Origin: an uncultured Anaerococcus sp. | GTDB lineage: Bacteria > Bacillota > Clostridia > Tissierellales > Peptoniphilaceae | DNA: 64,000 nucleotides | Direction of reading: 5' to 3' | Assembly (NCBI RefSeq): GCF_947253225.1 | Contig: NZ_CAMXYR010000001.1 | Coordinates: 23,944-87,943, forward strand | In this document: positions 39,134 through 47,411 of the stretch, piece by piece | Layout of the letters: every line of letters begins with the position of its first letter | Numbering within the stretch: the first letter of the stretch is position 1 | Position numbers and translations under genes: made by a program | The notes under the pieces: model-generated | What the model saw: only the letters and a program-made list of their open reading frames with translations | Database searches by the model: none | Told to the model about the DNA's origin: nothing

Positions 39134-39631
39134 AATACCCTCCGTTGTTTTTATCAAGTTGAAAGAATTGAAAGAAGTTAGTCTCCCCCAATAATTTAAT
39201 TTCGAATTCTTGTAACGCTAATAAGTGTATAATAATAATATACTTAGCATCCTTTGTTAACTTAATTTTAACTTATTCTTAAATTTAATACAAGTACTTT
39301 TTCTGCGATTTTTACACTTTTTATAAAAAAGACAATAAAACTAAATTTAGTATATTTTACTAAAAATTTTCCTCGTGTTTCTCAGTATTTATACATATAA
39401 TTCATTACCTTTAATATTTATTATAAGCTTGTGCTAGTTACTGTGGGGTATTATATTGTTTATTTATTAGCGTTTTGTATATATGATATAATTATTCATA
39501 TTTTACTAAAGATCCTCATAAAATTTATTCAAGAGCATAGCTTAGGCATATCTCCTTTGGATCTGATACAGCTTAATTATCTCTTTCAAGCAGAAATATC
39601 ATTTTATCTATCATAAAAAAATTTACGCAAG

Positions 39632-39656
39632 AAAAAACTGCCTTTTGGGGGCAGTT
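39632..39656 (-). terminator. Terminator of the feo/flavodoxin operon
   Basis: AACTGCC/GGCAGTT stem followed by a T run on the minus strand. Confidence 0.75.
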
Positions 39657-39700
39657 GCATTCTAATATTATACGTATGTTTAGATTTTTCAATTAATTTA

Positions 39701-40252
39701 CTAGCTTACTAATGTGGCTATATCACAACCTTTCTCAAGAAGGCTCTTGTTTCTTGCCTTACTTTTTCTATATGAGTTAAATATTTCTTCTTTCTTTTCT
39801 TTTTCATAATAAACCTTCCAAAAACCATTTAGGAGAAAGTTTTGGCCGTGGTTTTTTATGAAAGCTTTGACATCGTCAATAGGATAGCCTAGGAAGAGGC
39901 CTATCTCGTGAGGGAAATCACTGATTCTCAATCTTTGTGATAGGCAAGTCATGCACTTGTTTAAATTATTGGAATCGTAGCCCAAGTCTTTTATAAAGTC
40001 TGCAACTTCACTGTCTCTTATAATATTTTCTAGTTGATTTTGCCTATAAACTAGGACCAAAAACCCCTTATTCTTTTTGGCTATTAGCCTAAATTTGAGG
40101 TCGCAATTGGGACAATTCTTGCACTTACTCTCCCACGAGCTTACTATCTGTCTGACATATTTGATGTCTGCCGACCTAATCTGGAAGAGATTGGCAGGCT
40201 TTATACCAGTAAGCACAGGAGAGGCGTGCTCTACTAGTAGGTCTTCTTTCAT
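39701..40252 (-). CDS. DUF3793-family protein
   Basis: HASPVLTGIKPANL, FPHEIGLFLGYP and G.WKVY; coupled to flavodoxin, a typical context. Confidence 0.85.
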   Translation of the reverse strand: MKEDLLVEHASPVLTGIKPANLFQIRSADIKYVRQIVSSWESKCKNCPNCDLKFRLIAKKNKGFLVLVYRQNQLENIIRDSEVADFIKDLGYDSNNLNKCMTCLSQRLRISDFPHEIGLFLGYPIDDVKAFIKNHGQNFLLNGFWKVYYEKEKKEEIFNSYRKSKARNKSLLEKGCDIATLVS

Positions 40253-40683
40253 TAAAGTTTTTCTACTAATGTTTTAGCAAGTGCTTTTACATTTTCCAAA
40301 GCTTCGTCATCTGGATCATCGTAAGCTGCAAGTCCGTCTGCAACAAGGTTAAGACCATTGTCCTTGCATCTTTCTTGCCAATCATACATCCATTGACCAT
40401 CATTCCATTCATATGAACCGAAGATTACTACTGGTTTTTCACCAAGTTTTGGTTCAACATCGTCAAACATTGGTTCAAATTCACCATCTTCTAGTTGTTC
40501 GTTACCCATAGCAGGACATCCAAAAGCAAAACCATCAAAGTCTGCTACATTGTCTGCTGAAAATTCATTTGCAAAGAAAAGTTCTGCTTCTGCTCCGTTT
40601 GCTTTTGCTGCTTCTAGGAAAGTTTCTGCCATCTTTTCTGTGTTACCTGTTCCTGACCAATATACTACTGCTACTTTTGCCAT
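40252..40683 (-). CDS. Short-chain flavodoxin
   Basis: YWSGTGNTEKMA FMN-binding loop, GCPAMG, FGSY. Confidence 0.95.
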   Translation of the reverse strand: MAKVAVVYWSGTGNTEKMAETFLEAAKANGAEAELFFANEFSADNVADFDGFAFGCPAMGNEQLEDGEFEPMFDDVEPKLGEKPVVIFGSYEWNDGQWMYDWQERCKDNGLNLVADGLAAYDDPDDEALENVKALAKTLVEKL

Positions 40684-40735
40684 AATTATTTCTCCTTAAA
40701 TTTTTTAATATTTTTATGTTAACATCACATATCGT

Positions 40736-40754
40736 GATAATGATAACCTATATC
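40736..40754. promoter_or_regulatory. Fur box upstream of flavodoxin
   Basis: GATAATGATAACCTATATC matches GATAATGATAATCATTATC at 16/19. Confidence 0.75.
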
Positions 40755-40792
40755 ACTGTCTATGTAAAAAAAATTAACTAAGTTAATCTTTT

Positions 40793-40966
40793 TTAGCATC
40801 CGCATCCACAAGATTTGTGGTTGTGTTTGTCTTTGTCTTTGCTACTTGAACATGATATGCAGTCCTTGCATCCAGCATGACCATCTTCTGCTATAAATCT
40901 AGTATAGACTACATAGGCACATCCTGCTAGGATGATTAATAATAAAATTATTGATTGTAAGTTCAT
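40793..40966 (-). CDS. FeoB-associated Cys-rich small membrane protein (57 aa; absent from the ORF track)
   Basis: Translated by hand: MNLQSIILLLIILAGCAYVVYTRFIAEDGHAGCKDCISCSSSKDKDKHNHKSCGCGC; AAAGGAG RBS; directly after feoB. Confidence 0.85.
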   Translation of the reverse strand: MNLQSIILLLIILAGCAYVVYTRFIAEDGHAGCKDCISCSSSKDKDKHNHKSCGCGC

Positions 40967-41054
40967 TTTCTTCTCCTTTGCTTGAAAGCCAAGAGTCTTT
41001 CCACCCTTTGGTGGCTTTTAGCCTTAGGGGAGAAATATCTCCCCATAAGCTTTT

Positions 41055-43208
41055 CTATCCGTTTACCTTTCCTGTCTCATAGTTGATTGACTTTTGAGCT
41101 TGAGGTTTTCTTACTAGTAGGTAAATCATTCCTACTAGGACTATGATTGCAACTACTGTCCACACATTGAATATTCTATACATGATGAGATTAGCAATGT
41201 TGTAGAAGATTAGTGATACTGCATAGGCATAGCACATTTGGTAGGCTATAGTTAGGGCTGTCCACTTATTGTCTGCCATTTCTGTCTTGATTGCACCAAC
41301 TGCTGCAAAACAAGGCATGCATAGCATATTGAATAATAGGAAGGAATATCCAGCTACTGGTGTAGCTAGAGCGTGGTTGAAGGCCATTAGAAGTTCTTGA
41401 CTTTCTTCTGTGACATCAGCCCCAAGGCCTAGTACTACTCCCATGGTTGCAACCACGTTTTCTTTGGCAACAAATCCTGTGATTGTTGCAACTGTTGCTT
41501 GCCATGAGTCGAAGCCGATTGGTCTAAAGATTATTGCAATCAATGAACCAAGACTTGCTAGTATTGAGCTTTCTGTATCTGCTTCAACTAGGTTTAGTCT
41601 AAAGTCGAAGCTAGATAGTAACCAGATTACTATTGTTGAAACGAAAATTATTGTTCCTGCTCTTTTTGCATAAGCCTTAGACTTGTTGTAGACATCTGTA
41701 AGGACTGATTTCGCACGAGGTGCGTGGTATGGAGGTAATTCCATTATAAAAGGTGCAGGATCTGCTTGTAATTCTTTAAATTTCTTTAGGATAATTCCAG
41801 AAACAACTATACTTGCTATACCAATCATGTAGAATGAGAAGGATACAAGAGCTGCATGTTCTTTGAAGAAAGCTCCTACGATTAGGGCTATTACAGGAAG
41901 TTTTGCAGAGCATGGCATAAAGGTTGATGTCATGATTGTAATCTTTCTATCTCTGTCAGACTCGATAGTTCTTGACGCTTGGACACCTGGTACCCCACAT
42001 CCTGTTGCTATCATGGCTGGGATAAATGATTTTCCTGAAAGTCCAAATCTTCTGAAGAGTCTGTCCATGACGAAAGCAACCCTTGCCATGTATCCGACAT
42101 CTTCTAGGATACTCAAGAGGGCAAATAGTACCATCATTTGTGGCAAGAAGCCAAGTACAGCTCCAACTCCTGCAAGGATACCGTCAGTTACAAGTGAGTG
42201 TAGTACTGGGTTAATGCCCATAGCCTCCATTGTGCTTGCTGCCCAAGGGGTTAGGGTATCTTCAAAGAAACCATTTACGGCATCTGTTCCCATTGTTCCT
42301 GGTGATTTTTCATATACTGACAGGAAGTAAACTAAGAACATTACTAGGGCAAAGATTGGAAGACCCAAAATCCTGCTTGTAACAATCTTATCTATCTTGT
42401 CAGTTGTTGAAAGTTTTGGCTTAGCCTTAACTAAGACTTGGCTTGAGATTTGCTCTAGTCTTTCGTATCTTGCACTTGTTATGATACTTTCAGCATCATC
42501 TTCTTCTTTTGCTTCGACTTCTTGTCTAAGTTTAGCAACTTCAGCCAAATCTTTTGAGTCGATTGTCAAGTGCTTTAGGCTTTCCTCATCGTTTTCAAAA
42601 AGTTTAATTGCATAATATCTTGATAAATCTTTGTCTAGTTTAGACGAATACTTTTCTTCAATTTCTTTGAGGACTTTTTCTGTTTCTTCGTCGTATTCTA
42701 GGAAGTTTGGTTTTTGATTAGTATCTTTTAGCTTAACAGCTGTTTTGATTAACTCATCAACACCATTTTCCTTGGAAGCGACAGTCTTTACTATTGGACA
42801 ACCTAGTTTCTTGCTAAGGGCATCTATATCAATCTTATCTCCCTTGCTTTCTACAATGTCCATCATGTTCAAGGCTATAACTACTGGGATATCAAGCTCC
42901 AATAGTTGGCTGGTTAGGTATAAGTTTCTTACAAGGTTTGAAGCATCGACCAAGTTTATGATAAGGTCTGGTCTTTCTCCTACCAAGTATTGTCTACTTA
43001 CTACTTCTTCTAGTGTGTATGGGGAAAGGGAATAGATACCTGGAAGGTCTTCTATGATAATGTCCTTGTGTCCCTTTAGTACACCTTGTTTTTTATCAAC
43101 CGTAACTCCTGGCCAGTTACCAACTCTTTGGTTAGAACCTGTCAAGGCGTTGAAGAGGGTTGTCTTACCTGAGTTAGGGTTTCCTGCTAGTGCTATTCTA
43201 AATGTCAT
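41055..43208 (-). CDS. feoB: Ferrous iron transport protein B
   Basis: GNPNSGKT, VGNWPGVTV, DLPGIYSL and NMMD GTPase motifs; gate TM regions, FIMELPPY. Confidence 0.97.
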   Translation of the reverse strand: MTFRIALAGNPNSGKTTLFNALTGSNQRVGNWPGVTVDKKQGVLKGHKDIIIEDLPGIYSLSPYTLEEVVSRQYLVGERPDLIINLVDASNLVRNLYLTSQLLELDIPVVIALNMMDIVESKGDKIDIDALSKKLGCPIVKTVASKENGVDELIKTAVKLKDTNQKPNFLEYDEETEKVLKEIEEKYSSKLDKDLSRYYAIKLFENDEESLKHLTIDSKDLAEVAKLRQEVEAKEEDDAESIITSARYERLEQISSQVLVKAKPKLSTTDKIDKIVTSRILGLPIFALVMFLVYFLSVYEKSPGTMGTDAVNGFFEDTLTPWAASTMEAMGINPVLHSLVTDGILAGVGAVLGFLPQMMVLFALLSILEDVGYMARVAFVMDRLFRRFGLSGKSFIPAMIATGCGVPGVQASRTIESDRDRKITIMTSTFMPCSAKLPVIALIVGAFFKEHAALVSFSFYMIGIASIVVSGIILKKFKELQADPAPFIMELPPYHAPRAKSVLTDVYNKSKAYAKRAGTIIFVSTIVIWLLSSFDFRLNLVEADTESSILASLGSLIAIIFRPIGFDSWQATVATITGFVAKENVVATMGVVLGLGADVTEESQELLMAFNHALATPVAGYSFLLFNMLCMPCFAAVGAIKTEMADNKWTALTIAYQMCYAYAVSLIFYNIANLIMYRIFNVWTVVAIIVLVGMIYLLVRKPQAQKSINYETGKVNG

Positions 43209-43435
43209 ATCTTTTCCACCCTAATATTTTTTGCATCTTCTTTTCTGATTGTTAGTTCGTAACCTCTAAGGCTTACTTGGATTGGATCTCCAAGTGGTGC
43301 TACTTTTCTTATGAAAAGTTCGGTTTTTTTGGTAATTCCCATATCCATAATTCTCCTTTTTGTTGGAGAATCTCCGAGAATTTTCTCTACTACTACAGTA
43401 GAGCCAACTTCTACTTTATCTAGTGTGTTCATCAT
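43205..43435 (-). CDS. feoA: Ferrous iron transport protein A
   Basis: RRIMDMGI...APLGDPI...RGYELTIRK. Confidence 0.93.
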   Translation of the reverse strand: MMNTLDKVEVGSTVVVEKILGDSPTKRRIMDMGITKKTELFIRKVAPLGDPIQVSLRGYELTIRKEDAKNIRVEKI

Positions 43436-43650
43436 AACTCCTTAACTATAATTCTCTTGGCTAAATCCTTGCTTAGGGCAAATCGATTGTCGTCAATCAC
43501 GAATATATAGTTTACTCCATCAAATTTCTGCAAGCTTACGATTCTTCCCTTAGCAAAACCTAAGTTACTCAAGTGTTTCTTGGTATCATCAGTTCCCTTA
43601 ATGGATACAATCTCAGCTTTCTCGCCTTCGTTTAACAATGTTATTGGCAT
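43432..43650 (-). CDS. feoA: FeoA-family protein (second copy)
   Basis: KKHLSNLGF...RFALSKDLAKRI; overlaps the next feoA. Confidence 0.85.
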   Translation of the reverse strand: MPITLLNEGEKAEIVSIKGTDDTKKHLSNLGFAKGRIVSLQKFDGVNYIFVIDDNRFALSKDLAKRIIVKEL

Positions 43651-43734
43651 AGGCTCTCCAATCTATGTAAATTTACAAGTACCATTTTAGATATATTACA
43701 ATATAAATAAAATATATCGTTCGTATCTAGCTAT

Positions 43735-43767
43735 AATATATCACAATCCGAAACAATAATCAATATC
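43735..43767 (-). promoter_or_regulatory. feo promoter with an overlapping weak Fur-like box
   Basis: TTGATT-17 nt-TATATT (extended TG); CGAAACAATAATCAATATC matches the Fur consensus at 13/19 over the -35. Confidence 0.5.
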
Positions 43768-43969
43768 AAAAGACAATAATTTTTATTTTCATTGATATTT
43801 TTTGAGAAAGTTGAGTAAATGATTCTTCTTGCATATGTTTTCCCTTGTGTATTTCAAGAGATTCTACTCGACAACGAAAAAAATTTTATTATTTATAAAA
43901 TTTTTTATTAATTTTAGAAAAAATACCAAAAGCTCATCTTCTTTGTTATAATAGGGATAAGGAGTATTT

Positions 43970-44983
43970 ATGTATTTTTTTGTTAATGATTATAATTCAA
44001 TTTGCTATCCAGAGCTTTTGGATGCTCTAAAGGATTGTTTGGATGAGAAAAATATTGGCTATGGTTTTGATGACCATAGTGAAAATGCTAGAAATCTTAT
44101 TAGAGGCGAGCTTGGAGATTTTTCTTGTGATATCCACTTTGTCCCAGGTGGTACATCTGCCAATATTTTGGGGGTGGCTTGTGGTATGCGTCAACAAGAT
44201 TCTGTCCTTGCTTGCACAAGTGGTCATATTCAAGGTCATGAGGCAGGCTCAATAGAGGCTACTGGTCTTAAAATCGAGCTAATCCAATCGCCTACAGGTA
44301 AGCTTACTAGAGCCTTGCTTGAAAAAAATTTAGCAAAGTTTCAAGACGAATTTACTACAAGTCCAAAGAAGGTCTACATTTCTAACACGACAGAGCTTGG
44401 TGAAGTTTATACCAAGAGAGAAATCGAGGAAATCTATAGTTTTTGCAAGGATAATGGCCTCTATCTTTTCATTGATGGGGCAAGGATTGCATCAGCTCTT
44501 GTGGCTGATAAGTGTGATTACACCCTAAAGGATCTATCGTCCATGTGCGATATCTTCTACCTAGGAGGAACTAAGGTAGGCTTTATCTTTGGTGAGGCTA
44601 TCGTGATTAAAAATGAGGACCTAAAGAAAGACTTTCTCAAACTAATTAAACAAAAGGGAGCTATGCTTGCCAAGGGCTTTGTCTCTGGCATCATGTGGGA
44701 GAGGGTCTTTTCCGAAGAAGGCTTCTACCTAAGAGGCTCCAAGCTTGCCTTTGCTAGGGCAAAAGAGCTCGCCATAGGGCTAGAAAACTTAGGCTATGAC
44801 CTAGCCTATCCTTTTAGCTCCAACCAAGTTTTTGTCAAAGTAAGTGATGACACCGTAGCCAAGTGGCAAAAAATCGCCCACTTTGAAATAATGGGCGAAG
44901 ATGATCAATACAAGCTAGCAAGACTTGTTACTAGCTTTAGGACAAAGGCTAGCGATGTGGAGGGTTTTCTCAATGAAATTTGA
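43970..44983 (+). CDS. Low-specificity L-threonine aldolase family PLP enzyme
   Basis: F.NDY, GGT.AN, HEAG.IE, SNTTELG, DGAR and GGTK (PLP lysine). Confidence 0.88.
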   Translation: MYFFVNDYNSICYPELLDALKDCLDEKNIGYGFDDHSENARNLIRGELGDFSCDIHFVPGGTSANILGVACGMRQQDSVLACTSGHIQGHEAGSIEATGLKIELIQSPTGKLTRALLEKNLAKFQDEFTTSPKKVYISNTTELGEVYTKREIEEIYSFCKDNGLYLFIDGARIASALVADKCDYTLKDLSSMCDIFYLGGTKVGFIFGEAIVIKNEDLKKDFLKLIKQKGAMLAKGFVSGIMWERVFSEEGFYLRGSKLAFARAKELAIGLENLGYDLAYPFSSNQVFVKVSDDTVAKWQKIAHFEIMGEDDQYKLARLVTSFRTKASDVEGFLNEI

Positions 44984-45362
44984 TTTGAAATTTGATATGA
45001 AATACGACGACTTCATCAGTCTCTTTTCTAAGGCAAGTCTTATCTTTATGGTTGTGGCTGGCCTTTATATCCTTGTCAAACCAAATACTAGAAAGGTTAA
45101 AAACTACAAGCTCGACAAGGACCTTACCTATACAGGTAAGCTTGTAAATGGCAAGTTTGAAGGCGAAGGTGCTCTTAATTCCAAAGATGGCCTCTACAAG
45201 GGAGACTTTTCTAAGGGAAGATTTGCTGAAAATGGTACTTTTATAGGCAAGGACTACTACTATATTAGGGAAAATGGCAAGGTAACAATAAAGTTTAACG
45301 ATGGTAGGGTCTATAAAAAGACCCAGGACAAGTGGGAGGAGCTAAAAAAAGATGCGAATTAA
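44973..45362 (+). CDS. Single-TM MORN-repeat protein
   Basis: YTGKLVNGKFEGEG and YKGDFSKGRFAENG MORN repeats; GGAGGG RBS before the ATG at 44973. Confidence 0.8.
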   Translation: MKFDLKFDMKYDDFISLFSKASLIFMVVAGLYILVKPNTRKVKNYKLDKDLTYTGKLVNGKFEGEGALNSKDGLYKGDFSKGRFAENGTFIGKDYYYIRENGKVTIKFNDGRVYKKTQDKWEELKKDAN

Positions 45363-47130
45363 GGGACTTGATAATCTCAGGGTTTTTGGTATAAGCCTTG
45401 TAGTAATCTATCATATATTCAAAGAATTTCTACCAGCAGGCTTTTTGGGTGTAAACATCATGTTTGTCCTCTCTGGCTTTCTCGTAAGCTTCCACCTCCT
45501 AAACGAAGTCTATGACAAGGATAAAATCGACCTAGCATCCTACTACAAGAAAAGATACATAAGAATCTTTCCTGGAGTCTTGTTTATGGTCTTTGTGGTA
45601 AGCCTTATGGCCTTTTTCATAAATAGGGACTACACTGTCCACTACTTGGATCAGTTTCTGGCAGCTATATCCTTTACCAGCAATTATTACGAGATTTTAA
45701 GTGGTGGCTCCTATGAATCCCAATTTATCAGCCACCTCTTCCTCCATACTTGGTTTTTGGCAATAGAAGTCCACTTCTACCTCCTCTGGCCTATCTTTGT
45801 GAACTTTATCTACAAGAAAAGCGAGAGAAGCACTAATGTTAAAAAGACCTTCTCCAATAGGTTCTTCCTAATAAGCCTTATCCTCTACCTCGCCACTACT
45901 TTTTTGACAATAATCCTAACTGCCCTCGGCAAAAATTTATCCTTCATATATTTTTCCGACTTCACAAGGCTATCTTCCTTCTTTGTAGGAGCCTTCGCAG
46001 CTTGTTTTGTCAAAAGATTTGGCTTTAAGAGGATTCCTTACAAGGAAACTTTCATGATCTCAGGTGCAATAATAGTCCTTATGGCACTTTTTCTCGCCTA
46101 TGAAATGAAAACAACCTACATCCTCGGATTTTTCCTAACCGACCTCCTAAGTCTTGCCATAATTCTTTCTGCCTTCTCAGATAAGAAAGCCAAAGACCCA
46201 AGTCCTGTAAGAAAAATCGCCCCCTACACCTATTCCATCTACCTCCTCCATTGGCCAGTATATGTAATAGCAAAGAGCCTTACAAGTAAACCCATTGCCC
46301 TTGTCCTAACCATAATCCTTACCCTAGCTCTTGTTATGGTTAACTACCATATCTTTGAACCAGCCTTTAAGGGGGAGGCCATAAAAATCGGTCCTTACAC
46401 AAAAGATATCAAAGATAGGTTGAGGATTGTAAGCCTTGGGGGAGTCGTTCTAATCTCCTTTGTAAGTGCTATCGGCCTATCCCTTGCCTCTGATACTATG
46501 GTAAGCCTAGAAAAACAAATCTGGGTCTCATCAATCAAACAAGATATAGGACAAATCAAAAAAGATAAAGACAAGCTCGACCTATTCATCAAAGAAAGTG
46601 AAAATCCAGACCTTGCCATCAAGCAAACAAAGCTTACCACAACCATAATCGGCGATTCAGTTCTTTTGGGCAATAGGGAGTATATAGAAGAAAAAATCCC
46701 AGGTACTTCCGTAAACGCTGAAGGAAGTAGACTCCTTGAAAGTGGGGCAGAACTTATAAAAAGCATGGACAAAGAAGGCAATCTCGGAGAAATTGTAGTG
46801 ATAGAACTTGGGACAAACGCAATAAAAAATCCAGAAGAAAGCCTAGAAGATATTGTAAGTGCTCTCCCAAAAGGCAAAAAGCTCATCTTTATCTCCTGCT
46901 ACGATAATAGATACGACCAACCCCATAGGGTAAGCCTAGCCATGCAAAAAGTCGCAAAAAAATACAAATTTATAACCTATATGCCTTGGGAAGAGCTAGC
47001 CATGAACCACCCAGAATACTACCAAGGCACAGACGGCGTCCACTACTACGGCATAACCGAAGCCTACGACGCCTACAACACCTTGCTCCAAAAAGCTATT
47101 CTTGAGGCAAGCAAAAAAGAAGGAAAATAA
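45352..47130 (+). CDS. oatA: Acyltransferase_3 plus SGNH O-acetyltransferase (OatA/Adr-like, probably acting on peptidoglycan)
   Basis: GLDNLR, GFLGVN.MFVLSGFL, HTWFLAIE.HFY and YS.YL.HWP; SGNH GDSV, ELGTN, DGVH. Confidence 0.85.
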   Translation: MRIKGLDNLRVFGISLVVIYHIFKEFLPAGFLGVNIMFVLSGFLVSFHLLNEVYDKDKIDLASYYKKRYIRIFPGVLFMVFVVSLMAFFINRDYTVHYLDQFLAAISFTSNYYEILSGGSYESQFISHLFLHTWFLAIEVHFYLLWPIFVNFIYKKSERSTNVKKTFSNRFFLISLILYLATTFLTIILTALGKNLSFIYFSDFTRLSSFFVGAFAACFVKRFGFKRIPYKETFMISGAIIVLMALFLAYEMKTTYILGFFLTDLLSLAIILSAFSDKKAKDPSPVRKIAPYTYSIYLLHWPVYVIAKSLTSKPIALVLTIILTLALVMVNYHIFEPAFKGEAIKIGPYTKDIKDRLRIVSLGGVVLISFVSAIGLSLASDTMVSLEKQIWVSSIKQDIGQIKKDKDKLDLFIKESENPDLAIKQTKLTTTIIGDSVLLGNREYIEEKIPGTSVNAEGSRLLESGAELIKSMDKEGNLGEIVVIELGTNAIKNPEESLEDIVSALPKGKKLIFISCYDNRYDQPHRVSLAMQKVAKKYKFITYMPWEELAMNHPEYYQGTDGVHYYGITEAYDAYNTLLQKAILEASKKEGK

Positions 47131-47307
47131 GGCTAAGTCTCAAAATTACTAAGCCAACTAAATTCAAAATTTCTAGCCCATCTTGGAATTACAATTCCTT
47201 GCTGGGCTTATTTTTATAAGATTTTTACTTCATCCTATAAATTTCCTAAATTTCAAAGGCCAAAGGCTCTTTTTTTCTTACAACTTCACAATTCTAATAA
47301 GGCAAAC

Positions 47308-47343
47308 AAAAAGAAGAAGGAGATTTTACTCCCTCTTCTTTTT
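47308..47343. terminator. Bidirectional terminator between oatA and the second giant adhesin
   Basis: AAAAAGAAGAAGGAG-ATTTTA-CTCCCTCTTCTTTTT. Confidence 0.7.
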
Positions 47344-47411
47344 AGATATTCAACAAATCCTAAGCCTAATTCAAAATCGTCAAGTCTTGATGGACTCCAC
47401 TATTTGTAAGG

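Noticed and set aside
39431..39616. Intergenic ORFs 39431-39616, 19531-19764 and 47183-47425
   Set aside because: AT-rich, no RBS, non-ATG starts; the latter two run across terminators
40767..40794. AAATTAACTAAGTTAATC as a SloR/PsaR-type Mn regulator box
   Set aside because: Spacer is 5 nt rather than the 6 nt I recall for that motif; it sits right after a stop codon with a T run, so a weak terminator is more likely
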